Shown here: positions 26,675 through 38,100 of the stretch, piece after piece
How the letters are laid out: each line of letters starts with the position of its first letter
Numbering within the stretch: position 1 is the first letter of the stretch
NCBI GenBank assembly: GCA_964035545.1
Contig: OZ037765.1
Location: forward strand, 13,092,698-13,156,697
Reading direction: 5' to 3'
Length of the DNA stretch: 64,000 bases
From: Bugula neritina
Taxonomy: Eukaryota > Animalia > Bryozoa
Notes under the pieces: model-generated
The model's input: the letters and a program-made list of their open reading frames with translations, nothing else
What the model was told of the DNA's origin: nothing
The model's database searches: none
Program-made: the position numbers and the translations under genes

Positions 26675-28407
26675 ATGAACATATCTGGCTCTGACGAAGA
26701 ATACTTAGAGCACAGTGAGAATCGCAATGAGTATGACTATGACAATCACACTCACGCTGTCACTGAGATTTCTGAAGTAATGGGCTATCAGTTTGAGCCG
26801 TTTACCTTTACGTATCAAGATGAAAATGGAGATGATAGTCATGACAAGGATTTTACTGTTACTGATGAGCAACAGATGATAATATTTATAATTTTACAGT
26901 ATCAGTACGATTTAATTTTATAAACTATAGTGTTACTAATACCGTAATACTAATAGTAATAGTAATACTAATAGTAATAGTAATACTTTAACTTTAAGTT
27001 ATAAGTATAAGCTAGTATAAGTTATAAATTATTATAATTATAATATTTCATTTTCATTTTGTAATCGTAATTCCAATGCTCAATGCCAATGCTCGTATTG
27101 ATCCTGGCTTAATTAGTTAATATAGCTGAGTTTTGTGCTACTAAAGCTTTAGAGCAAGCATGATATCAAATTACAAGCTAAATATTTGATGATTGCTATC
27201 GGTTTATATAATATTATTAATAATAAAGTGATAATCATTAAATTTAATGATTACAAATTCCAGTCAAGTAATTAAATATTTGATCAATACTAATTTTGTT
27301 ATTACTACTACCAATACAGGTATTAGTATTAATTATTTGTAGTTAGATTTACCTGATAATTTAAGTCAAGGGAAAGACTGTATTTTTATAAATGCATAAT
27401 AATGATAATTATTATTCACTTTTATTGTAATTGTGGTTATACCGATCCTTAACAAAATAAGTTAATCACATACATAATCATGTCAAACTTGCATTCACGA
27501 TGATAGCATTTAGTATTTTATTTTTAAGCCCCCTATTTCTCTGAATTTCTGCTTTTATAGTATAACATATAGTACTAACAACAATAAAATATTTTAAAAT
27601 TTCTGAAAATTAGTTTATTTCATAGCAAAAATTATGAGTTTGTTTTAATATAAAAAATCTAATTAATTTTCAACTATAAATATAAAAATAGTTTGAACAG
27701 TAATGCAAACTTGGAATATTTTAAAACCCATGATTTTAAAGTATTTTCAAACTTCAGCCTCATTGGACTCAATTTTCAATACAAAGAAAAATACAGGAAA
27801 CAAATTTAGACACAGTAATTAATGGACTTAATGTGGATGATACTGGTAATAACGTTTTTAGAAAAGCTTGTTTGTTTTGTAGAAAAATATAAGGCCAGCC
27901 ACGGAGTGGTGCACTTGCCACCGCTGCCAAAATCAGCCTACAGTGGAACAGTCTGTTTGTTGCCGTGATCATGCTGCAAACCTTCGATTAGATAGCAGCA
28001 TGGAATGTATAACACAGCACCCGGGAGTACAGCAATTGACGCAACCAGCTGTATTAGAAGTTGCATACAGCAGCTACCTGAGATATCATGGTTAGTCAAT
28101 TCCTACTGTAGATCAGTAACTGTCATTGTTAGTTTTTCTAGATAGTCTTACTTGATTATTTAGCCAATCATTTATTTTGGTAGATGATTTGTTTGATGAG
28201 AAGGCCCATTCTCTCAACACTAAAAAAAGGTTCTGCAGCTACCGGTTTTTGGTGTTCTGGCTGTTTCCAGATATTAAAAAAGGTGAGAGACGCCCTTTAC
28301 CAGCTTGCTTATATGATTGGGTGCAAGCTACATTCCCCCCAACTGGTGATGAGGAAGAATTTGCTGAATGGATGTTCAGCAAATTCGTGTACAATGAAGA
28401 TTTATGA
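26675..28407 (+). CDS. KolX-type protein with a P2X7 cytoplasmic-ballast-like Cys-rich domain (spliced; 5' junctions uncertain or possibly damaged)
   Basis: Exon 27883-28090: EWCTCHRCQNQPTVEQSVCCRDH...MECITQHPGV...VLEVAYSSYLRYH. Exon 28184-28407: NTKKRFCSYRFLVFWLF...RRPLPACLYDWVQATFP. This matches the P2X7 C-terminal pattern WCxCxxC..CC..CIT..R..YR...W..LPxC......FP. The acidic first exon has GYQFEP; candidate exon 2 is ~27758-27845. Confidence 0.8.
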
Positions 28408-29384
28408 ACATTAACACTCTGGTGATTTTTAGTAGCAGTCAGTTGCTACTGCCTCTTGTAGTGTGTACAGCTTACTATGAGAATAAACCTCATTATTAAA
28501 GTTACTGTTATGAATGTGTATTAGTAAATAAAAACCTTGCTAACAATTTAATTTAGCCATGTATCAATGCTTGGAAGCTGCACACCATGATTGTTCTAGA
28601 CTTGACCTAGCCATGGTAGGTCAGGTGCTGCAGCCACTTTGTAGAAGCTATGTAGAGCAATCAGGTATTGCAATATTCCTAGTACACTAGAATATGTTAT
28701 GCAATGTAATATAATATAATATAACAATATTGTTTTTATGAAACTTTGTGACATAGTATAACTTTTACAAATTTTTACCAATATATTGTTTTATTTATTG
28801 CTATTTATTGTTTTCACATTGCTATTTATGGCTCTAATAAAGTACCAACAAAACCAAACATACAGCTGCTCTACAGTGAAAACGAATATCTACATTTCAA
28901 TGGAAACTAAGACTACAAGTAGATATATTGTCCAAATTTATTTTTGACACACCTTGAGGTGGAAAATTAAAAATATTATTTCCATTACACAAAAATATTT
29001 GGTTTTTTGTTGCATTAGAACATGCATTTTAAATAAAAATAAATATGGAGAAAAGCTATGAATTCAGTTTTTGAGCTAAGTGAACAATACTATTTCGCCA
29101 TATTTCTATATACCAGCATTGAACAGCTTTGCTTCTAATCTTTTTCTGCATCCTTTTAGGTGTTTGCACATATTTGTTGTGTCCTATTTCTTTCTGTAGG
29201 CCCTTCTTTTCTGGCTTACGATGGAGAGCTGGTTTTTTTGTTTGACTTGGCAAAGCTCTAAAATATTATTATATATGAAGGTAACTGGAAAAGTATTATT
29301 GAAACAGCTGCAGAAAATCTCAATTGCTGTCTATATCATATTTCAATTTTATTGCTCAAGATCGCATTTTCAATATTATAATCT

Positions 29385-30294
29385 TTACAGAAAACCAGGG
29401 TCTGTTCTTTTTAACCAGCGAGCTTCTTTAGGTGTGATAGTGGCCGCCTGCTGACTTTGTTTCCGAGGAGTTAATGGAGTGCATCCAGTTGCACCCTCAG
29501 TTTCCACTAAATGAATAGTTGGGACTGCTGTTTTCTCTAAATGCAATCTAAAGAGTAAATCAAAGACAATGAATTTTTATTCTTTCAATAAGTGAACAAT
29601 ATTTACCATTAATTTTTACTGGTATTGATGATGGGCACCATTACCAGTATCATACTCATAGCATGAGTATCAGTGCGTATGAATCATAATATTAATGGTA
29701 TGTATCCAAGTGACTATGACACATTCTGATAATCATAAGTCTTTCATATTATCGCCATTATAAATGAATTTCCTTACAATAACGGTTATCGTGTAAATCA
29801 TAAATGCAAACTTGTACTTGCAAGTTTATGTCATAGTCACATGAAATTGAATCAACACGGTCATGACAATCCTATTGACTTATACCAACTTGTAGTAATA
29901 CTTGATAGTTATAGTTATACTTATTGTTGAAAATCAACATTAAAAAAACTATCATTAGCCTATCGTCTAATTATATCACAATCACTAAGTCATTAGTCAG
30001 TATCACTATGACTATGAGTTTGAGTGAGTTATTCACTTACATGTTAATGAGTTTTGCTTTATACATGCCCATGTTTGTAAATTGTTCATCACCAAAATGC
30101 TGAAAACACAAACGAGAGTTGTTATCAGGCAGAAAGTTTTTTCTTTTCGTATTGACAAACTTGGTCCATTTTTCACCACACGCAGTATCAGCAGGCCATT
30201 TAAACATGTGTTTTTCCTTGTACGAACACATTGCAGCTTCACACACTCTTCTTTTGCATTTGCCTTTAGAACTTGAAGCCATTCGTGTAGTCAT
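29385..30294 (-). CDS. THAP-domain protein (N-terminus of a Kolobok transposase, truncated; ~138 aa if spliced as predicted)
   Basis: Exon 30294-30041 (CEAAMC...FKWP...W...LCFQHF) spliced GT-AG to 29547 gives ...KLINILHLEKTAVPTI, i.e. the C2CH and AVPTI THAP signature. In-frame stop at 29385-29387. Confidence 0.82.
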
Positions 30295-31040
30295 GTCGAC
30301 AGTAAGTGTAACTAGTAATATAGGTAATAAGTTTGTTCATTAGAGTCCAATGGCAATATGAATATGAAATCTAATTTATATAGATAGCGAGCGACTACTA
30401 CTAGTAGTAGTACTACTAGGCACAGGTTATATTGGTAATATCCGGTTACGGTAATGATAATCTATTTGGAAGCGTAATAAGTTACATAATTGAATATGCA
30501 ATTATTTGTAATGTTTTATAGAAAAGTTTACCACTCGTTGGATTTAGCTAATTTCTTTCAACAATATCGTGTTATCGCCGTACTTAGCCACCCGTTCTAA
30601 TTACATCGTGAGGGTGAGGCTATTTCATTTTTCCGATGCTCAAAATTTCTAACGGAAGTAACTTTAGCTCTTAATATCAATAATAAAATGGTATTATTTG
30701 TTTTTTTCATTGAGCCTTAGTTGTACTCTGTGTTTTAAAATTTATGTCAGTTTAGTGATTTATCTGTGTGTTGCAGTGGCTAAAAATAAAACGCTGTGAA
30801 AGTATGCAATTATTACTATTAGTTATATAGTAACTAGGACTCGAAGCAGACCGGAAACCGGCGTAATACGTGTGCACTGAGAGCTTAGAAATCCGAAAGT
30901 TTTCTGGACATGCATGCACTAATCTTGTTATAAAACAAAATAGTCTAGCCATCCACCCTTAAAGGGGTGGTCTAGTGATAGCTAAGATATAGATGAATAT
31001 TTTCGTGCTATATAAGTAAAGTGTGTCAGGGATTCTTTAA

Positions 31041-33193
31041 GGGAAAAACAATGGCAAGTGCGAGGGGAAGACTCGGACGAGCCCCCACTCTACCAGGCTG
31101 GCGATTGGGTATGGATGATTAGTTACAGGAGGAAGCGCGGACAGTCGGCTAAATTACAGCCCAAGTTCGTGGGACCATACTGCATCATCGAAGTGCTACC
31201 CAATCACACGTACCGCGTAGAACGCTCCGGACAGATTTCCGTCCAAAGCGAGAAACGCTTAAAACCGTACTGGGCCAGCCCTGGGGCAGTAGGACAAGCA
31301 CCACCACTCCTGGAGCCAGCACGACGACCCACCGGGGGAGGAAGGGCGCCCCCCACCCGAGAGTGGGAACTTCCCTATAACATACCGGAGAGAAACCCCG
31401 AAGCACAAGAACCACCCCCCACTGTGCAAGAGCCCCCCGAGCAAGCAGCACCTCAGGCGCCCCCACCAGTAAGACCACCCCCCGCCATACCAGAGAGGTT
31501 AGACCCACCTACCCTGGAAGTAGGAGAGAGTAGAGCCACCAACCCTGGGGGACAGGCCACTTTGCCAGACACAGAAGGCCTAAGGCGTAGCCAGAGGACT
31601 CGAAGACCTCCTGGGTACTTAGGGGAATATTACTGTGGCCAGATAGGGAAAGGATACCCTAGCTCGGAGGACGAAGGGCCCCCCTTGTATTACAACTATT
31701 CACCACCCAACCATACCACCAGGGAGGCTCGATATCGGCAGGGGATCACTTCGATGTTCCTCACCCAGATCGGACAAAAACCCGATCCCGAAGTTGGAAA
31801 AACCCAGGCGAGGGACTCTCGCGATAAACCACTAACGCATACTTCGTTCATTCCAATCGCAGCAAGCACACACGCCACACGGAATTTAATCTCTCGCCAT
31901 CTAACAAATATGGATATTACACCCACTCACCTGAATGTTGAAGAAGAGTCTAGCGCACACCCTGGTAAGTCCACTAGACTAGAATTACCTCCTATACCGG
32001 AGAATTGTCTAGGCGGTGATGACCGTAGGAACTCGAACTCTGATTCCCAGAGTAAGTTCGAGATGTGGAGAACTCACACTTGGAACTCTAGAGGGTCAGA
32101 CTCAGAGTCACCCAACAGAGATTATCTACTTGACCAGGACATCCAGAGTATCACTCTACCCCCACCTCGGCAGCTCGCAGTATCGCGACGAGTGCCATAT
32201 AAGGATATCACTAATAATAGAGTGAGTCAGCCATCACGAGTTGGAGATATCGGTCAGACTCGACCAGCTCAACTCTCTATTTCTGTTGTAGACACCGACA
32301 AAGTCGTAGAGCCTGCCTCTACGACTCTCACCTCATTCGGAAGATCCTCCGAAATCGCGACACCCCAGGAACAAGTAATGGAGGGAGATACAGAGACCCC
32401 TGCCACTGTCGTCGATATTGGACTAGATGAAGGGGAGGAACAGTCTATCCTGACCTCATCTGAAACTACAGACCCCCCTCCAGAACTAGGAGGAGCTGGA
32501 GAGCTAGGATTACCACGCGTTTTCAGCACCCGGTCTCACTGGACCAGCACCAAGACGCGGATCCTGATAGCTGAGGCCTGCGGGGAGCCTAGTAACACCA
32601 AGTGCCCCACCTGTGGGCGGAGCTTTACCTCACACAGGCGACTACGGATACACATCCAACAACATTACGTTAACTCATTCTGTCCGTGTGGGGAGTTTAG
32701 CTTTCAGCGTGACTACGTGCTCAAGCACCAACGTATCGGCCGCTGCCACACGGGCAGAATTTTTGATGTAGATGCGGACAATTACCTAGAATTCAGGGAC
32801 CTGATTCTCCCCCACATCAGCGATCCCAAGAAGAGGGAGCTGTTGTCCCAAGGGTTCCCGGCCTGTCGACCCACTAGGCAGACGCAACCGCCAGAAGACC
32901 CCCCAAGTTGTGAGTTGCCACCCACCCAGCCTCTCCGGGTAGTGGTAACTCGAGCCGAAGCCACTACAGAAGGAGACCGCTGGACGCCACGAGAAACGGC
33001 CCGAACTAGAAGAGAACGGCGTAGACAGGGCGCACCGAGGCCGCGTAGTACCACTCCCTATACTACTAGGCACACACACCGTGGGCCACCGGAGAGTCTG
33101 GAGGATGTATATCGTGGCCTGGACAGGATCTCTGAGGAACTAGGACGCATACGACGCAGACTGCAGGACCTGGAGCAGCCCGCTCGACCCTAA
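31041..33193 (+). CDS. pol: Gypsy integrase C-terminus (GPY/F module) continuing in frame into an extra ~500-aa region
   Basis: KLQPKFVGPYCIIEV, then a Pro-rich linker, then LRRSQRTRRPPGYLGEY (usual end of Gypsy IN). No stop until 33191-33193. Confidence 0.9.
31910..33193 (+). CDS. Putative Gypsy accessory ORF3 (427 aa): disordered N-terminus, two C2H2-type zinc fingers, basic patch, C-terminal coiled coil
   Basis: ATG 31910 preceded by branch point CACTAAC (31830-31836) and acceptor CGCAG (AG 31861-31862). Fingers CPTCGRSFTSHRRLRIHIQQH and CPCGEFSFQRDYVLKHQRIGRCH; RRERRR; LEDVYRGLDRISEELGRIRRRLQDLE. Confidence 0.6.
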   Translation: MDITPTHLNVEEESSAHPGKSTRLELPPIPENCLGGDDRRNSNSDSQSKFEMWRTHTWNSRGSDSESPNRDYLLDQDIQSITLPPPRQLAVSRRVPYKDITNNRVSQPSRVGDIGQTRPAQLSISVVDTDKVVEPASTTLTSFGRSSEIATPQEQVMEGDTETPATVVDIGLDEGEEQSILTSSETTDPPPELGGAGELGLPRVFSTRSHWTSTKTRILIAEACGEPSNTKCPTCGRSFTSHRRLRIHIQQHYVNSFCPCGEFSFQRDYVLKHQRIGRCHTGRIFDVDADNYLEFRDLILPHISDPKKRELLSQGFPACRPTRQTQPPEDPPSCELPPTQPLRVVVTRAEATTEGDRWTPRETARTRRERRRQGAPRPRSTTPYTTRHTHRGPPESLEDVYRGLDRISEELGRIRRRLQDLEQPARP

Positions 33194-33398
33194 TGGTGGC
33201 ACGTCTCTTTATGTAAATATATATTCTTGTGTGTATTAATTCATTATCCCTTAACATTTTCTATCTTATATATTTTTGTTTGTGTGACTAGATTAGCCAT
33301 TCCAGAACTCCCTTACATGTATTTTCTTTTATTTTCTTCTTTTTTTTATTATTATTATATTTTTTTAATTATATCAGAAAGGGGTTGTACTTTCTGAT

Positions 33399-33407
33399 GG
33401 AGGGGAG
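33399..33407 (+). promoter_or_regulatory. Polypurine tract
   Basis: GGAGGGGAG, 2 nt before the 3' LTR. Confidence 0.85.
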
Positions 33408-33409
33408 TG

Positions 33410-34125
33410 TGTGGTAAAATTGTGTATAGTAACTAATGCTTGTATTCCCCTTACTATTATTATCTTCATTCCCATGGAATGCGTGTTTTCTTAGATATAC
33501 ATCATTACTTAGCTATCGTATTGTAACAGCTAAGTGTTATGTTGGCAATGATAGGATTAGCTATTATTCCCAGCTACTTATTACTACTAACGTGACTGGA
33601 TTAGCTATTGTTTCTGACGGCTCACAGGAACACTTATATAATCAAGATAACCGGGATTTCCCTGCGAAGTTCGCTCGATTCAAGCGATTCCTTTGTTCTA
33701 GCCCTGCGAATCCCCTGCGATTCGAGCGAATTCCCTCGAATTCGCTTGGAACATTCTGGGGGAATGTTTCCCAAAGTATAAAAGGAAGCCCTCAACACAG
33801 TAGAGTCAGTCTTCAGCCAGCAGCACAACAGGACACATCTCGGAGCTACCAAGCCAGGACAATAACACACTTAGTTAATTATCTTATACTTTGTTTACCA
33901 GTTTACTAGTAAGTTTTCCATACATGTAAGGAGTTGTCCTCCCTAACTGCTATTTTTGGATTTATATATATTATGGAGTAAATAAAGGGGATTGTGAGTA
34001 TTACATTTCTTATTTATTGTGCATAAATACCCTCCTACAAAGAGTCACTGTGTTCAATCAGCTAACAACCCACACCAATAATTGCATGCAGCGAATCATA
34101 ACATTCTACGCATAAAATTATTACA
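33410..34125 (+). repeat. 3' LTR (716 bp)
   Basis: Direct repeat of 20649-21364, followed by the ATAT TSD. Confidence 0.97.
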
Positions 34126-34439
34126 ATATAACTATAGGCTACTATAAGTATAAGTATAACATTAACTATAACTGTAGAACTATAACTAAAACTTATAAGT
34201 TATAACTATAAGTATAAATATTACTATAACTATAAGCTATACGTATACGTATACTTATACTTATAGGTTTAACTGAGTCTAAAGTAAAAGTATAACTATA
34301 AGTATAACTATAAGCTAAGGCTAAGCTTACAGTTACAGTTAGTGTTACTTCTAGTCCTAGCCTTAGTAATATTATTATAATTAGAACTATAAAAACATAG
34401 CCATTATGATTATGATTTTCACTTTGGGTATTACGATAG

Positions 34440-34800
34440 AGGTAATATTACGTTGAGATAACAATAAAATTTATTGAATTTGATTTCAATTTCAACATGG
34501 CCAAAGCATACAGTAATTCTTTCTTTAGAAAAGGAAATCGATCGGGCTAAATTGTTATTTTCCCATGAGCACGGCGAGCAGTCGTCGCTCCCTAATTTTA
34601 AGGACACTCTTAGCTGGGTTTTCCAAATATTGAAAAGGCGAGTAGAAACTGAAAACGTTGATGCGTTACGCCTGACAGAAAAAAGTGACTGCGAAGTATT
34701 ATTATCATTATGTACTTATCGGGCGCATGCATTGCCACGAGCATAGGATATTTTCATAAGAGAAAAGTGGGATAAGCAGTTAGAGTTTTTAACGTTTGCT
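34440..34800. promoter_or_regulatory. Candidate host promoter / first-exon region
   Basis: Non-repetitive, CpG-containing island between TA lattices, with YY1-like AACATGGC, DRE-like ATCGAT and NRF1-like GCGCATGC motifs. No coding signal. Confidence 0.3.
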
Positions 34801-35166
34801 CACTCTCAGTGCTACTACTTAATACCTATATCTATGTAATATCTCTATCACGAATATCACTATCAGTATGACTATGAATATCACTAATACTAATAGTAGT
34901 ACTAATAGTAATACTAATAGTAATTAGTAATTACTAACAGTAACACTAACAGTAACAGTAAAAAGTGACAGTATCAATATTACTATTACTAATAATATTA
35001 CTATTACTAATACTAATAGTAATTGTAATAGTATGATATTGAGTATCACTATCACTATGAGTGTATGACTATAACTATAAGTATAAGTAAAATTTAAGTA
35101 TGGTTAAACTAAAACTTGAAGGTGATGTTATGCTAATACTAATAGTATATGAGTATGAGTATCAGT

Positions 35167-38100
35167 TACCTGTCGAAATACCTGTCGAATTCTTCTTCAC
35201 ACTGGACAACCCAAATGGGTCAAAGGGGTGTGCCACATTCTTAACCAAAATTTACATTTTTAGGTCAGTAATCAGTAAGTGTGCTTAAAACTAGTTTGCA
35301 GTAGAGTCAGAACAAGTAAGGTTAACCTGTCTGTGGTAAGTATGCTGTATTACATTGTGTTGCTGTCTGTTATTGAGGATTTAATCTTCATGTCTCTGAT
35401 GGTTCTTGGTAGAAAACTATTGTGATAATTGCTATAATTAGTCGTAACTGATCGAGAAACTCCTTGGGCCTGGGATCTGGTTAGAACTGTGGATGATGTT
35501 TTGTTGACTATGTGATCATAAGATTTGGAGAGTGCTGGGTGGTGCTCCTCCTTGGACAGAATCTGGATAAGCAGGCAGAGGCGCTTGTTCCTCCTGGATG
35601 CCAGCGGGGTCAGCCCAAGCTTCTCGATAGTTGGACTCACATCTTTCCGTCCTTTTATGTTGGCGATAAAACGAACAGCATCTGTCTGTACATTCTCTAG
35701 AGTGGCAATATCTTTCTTGCAGACGGGGTCCCAGACTGCGCATGCATATTCCAAGTGAGGCAAACATAGTGTTTTGTATGCAATGAGACGAGCGTGTTGT
35801 GGTGCCCAAAATAGAGCTCGTTTGATTATGCCTAATTGTCTCTTTGCTTTGCAACTTTAGTGTTAATGTGAGCATCAAACTTACAGTCAGATTTGAGCAG
35901 AACTCCTAGATATTTTGCGTAATTAACATGCTCCAAGACTGAACCGCTTAGTGTGTAGTTTGGTAGATTTTGCGTTGGGTTGATAGCCATAATCTTACTT
36001 TTGGAGATATTGAAAGACATGCCCCACTTGTTGGCCCATATTCCTAACTTGTCGAGATTATGTTGAAATCTTTTGGCATCAAATGCAGAATTGACTGGCT
36101 GATACAAAAGAGTATCATCGGCGAAGAGTCCAACAGAACAATTAAGGGAATTTGGCAAATCATTGATGAAGATCAGGAATAGGATTGGTCCAAGCACGGA
36201 TCCTTGTGGAACTCCTGATGTTACCGACAGTGGTTCTGAGATGTGACCCTGAAGGACAACGCATTGAGATCTGTTCGTCAAGAAGTCTGATATCCAGCTG
36301 AGAAGATAATTGTCAATATTGCCAATTGCCGCCAGTTTCTGCATCAGTAGCACATGGGGTACTCGATCAAACGCTTTTGTAAAGTCTAGAATTGCAGCAT
36401 GGACACTTTGACGGGTGTCAATAGTTTGGAGTATGTCCTGCATTGTAGCGCATAATTGTGTTTCACACGACAGATCTTTTCTGAAGCCATGTTGACGGTT
36501 GTGTAATAGTTTATCAACTTTTTCGAGCAGAAATTTCAAAACAAGATGCTCTAGCATTTTACAGGGTATACTGGTTAGCGATATAGGGCGGTAGTTATGA
36601 ACACACTCCTTTGGTCCAGATTTGTGAAGAGGAGAGACATTGGCTGTCTTCCAGCTAATTGGGAGGTTTCCAGATTGCAGTGACACATTGAAGATGCGAC
36701 TGAGGCATTCAGCAGTTTGCTCTGGAACAATATTCAAATGTGCTCTGCAGATTCCATCAGGACCGGGAGCTTTACCAGGTTTGAGCGTTTTTATGAGGCT
36801 CAGAACGCCCGCAGGGGTGATGGCTGGGACCTCGGGAAAACTTTGAGATTTTTTTGCAGTAAGCTGAATATCACAACTAAATTGTTGGTGAAAATAGTTA
36901 TTGAGCAAGTTGGCACAAATTTTGGGGTCTGTTACATGTTTCCCTTCAGGTGCGACGAGTGTGATTTTGGTTTTGAGATTGGGTGAGTCCTTTTAAGTGT
37001 CTGTAGAAGGGTTTATTGTTTCCTTCTTTCAATGGCTGACACACTTGTTTTACAATGTATGACCTCTTAGTCTCACGGTAAGTTTTCTTGGCAAGTCTTT
37101 TATGAGAGGCCGCTGCATTCTTGTCAAAAGAATCTTTACTATGTAGATAGCGATTATAAAGTTTCCGCTGTTTTTGTGCAACTTTGCGACATTCCTTGTT
37201 AAACCAGATGGGCTCATTCAGATACTGTTTGATTCGGCAGTTTACAACTGGTACGTGGTCGCTAACAGCTTGTTGCAGATTCCGTGAGAAGTGAGTCCAC
37301 ATGTCATTGACCTCATCCATATTTGAGAGATCTTGTCCGATTCCTTCCAATACATCTTGAAACTGCTCGATGTCTGCTTTGTGGAATTGTTTTAGAGATC
37401 TATAAGTAATCGCATCTTTCACTGCGTGAGCTAAATGCATGTTTACAGTAACAATTGCATGGTCGCTAAGCCCTGGGAAGAGAACTCTATGTTCTAGATT
37501 ATCCGGTTTACTAGCACAGATGAGGTCCAGCGTATTCCCATGGATGTGTGTAGGTTCAGTCACAAGCTGATGCATGTGCATCTCTAATAAGATGTTAAGG
37601 AACTCCTGGTGAAGCTTCTTACATTGTGCGTAAGGTTTGATAGTGTTTAAATGCCAATCTATACCAGGTAGATTCATATCTCCTACCAAAATGAGGTGAT
37701 GGGTTGGGAATTTCTGACTTATTGTAATTATGGAATTTTTCAAAGTGGATAGGTCTCTAACTGTTGGGGGACGGTAGTAACATCCAATGATATACTCTTT
37801 TATTCGAACAAATACAAGTTCTGTATCATCTGGATTTTCAAAACCTACAGTGTGACTATTGAGCTTGTGGTCCACAGCGATGAGAACCCCACCACCATGA
37901 GAATTTCTGTCATGTCTATATATTGCCTTATTATTATAATCAAAAACCTGACTATTTGGAAAAGACGAGTCTATATGTGTTTCGGTAAGACAAACTAAAT
38001 CAAAATCACAGGTTATAGCAGAAAACTCTTCAGTTTTTCCCTTTAGGGATCTTGTGTTCGCAAGGAATAAGCTTATTTTGTCACTTGATGTCTGTTCTGT

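Larger units (their letters stand above)
26217..31036. mobile_element. Kolobok-superfamily DNA transposon, 4820 bp, apparently non-autonomous (no DDE core seen)
   Basis: TTAA TSD at 26213-26216 and 31037-31040; termini AG...CT; TIR of ~61 bp with 3 mismatches, extending imperfectly to ~150 bp. Removing it restores the integrase frame (HEVL-REKQWQVRGED). Contains THAP and P2X7-C-like genes. Confidence 0.9.
20649..34125 (+). mobile_element. Ty3/Gypsy LTR retrotransposon, full length, recently inserted; inactivated by a small pol deletion and a nested Kolobok insertion
   Basis: Two 716-bp TG...CA LTRs; 4-bp TSD ATAT (20645-20648, 34126-34129); PBS; PPT; gag followed by PR-RT-RH-IN domain order. 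Confidence 0.97.

Noticed and set aside
27883-28407. A true P2X7 receptor gene
   Set aside because: Only the ballast-like domain is present, with no TM or ectodomain, and it lies inside transposon TIRs.
26217-31036. piggyBac assignment based on the TTAA TSD
   Set aside because: Ends are AG..CT rather than CC..GG, and the THAP plus P2X7-like content fits Kolobok.
31058-33193. env gene or chromodomain after the integrase
   Set aside because: No signal peptide or transmembrane segment, and no chromodomain aromatic-cage pattern recognised.
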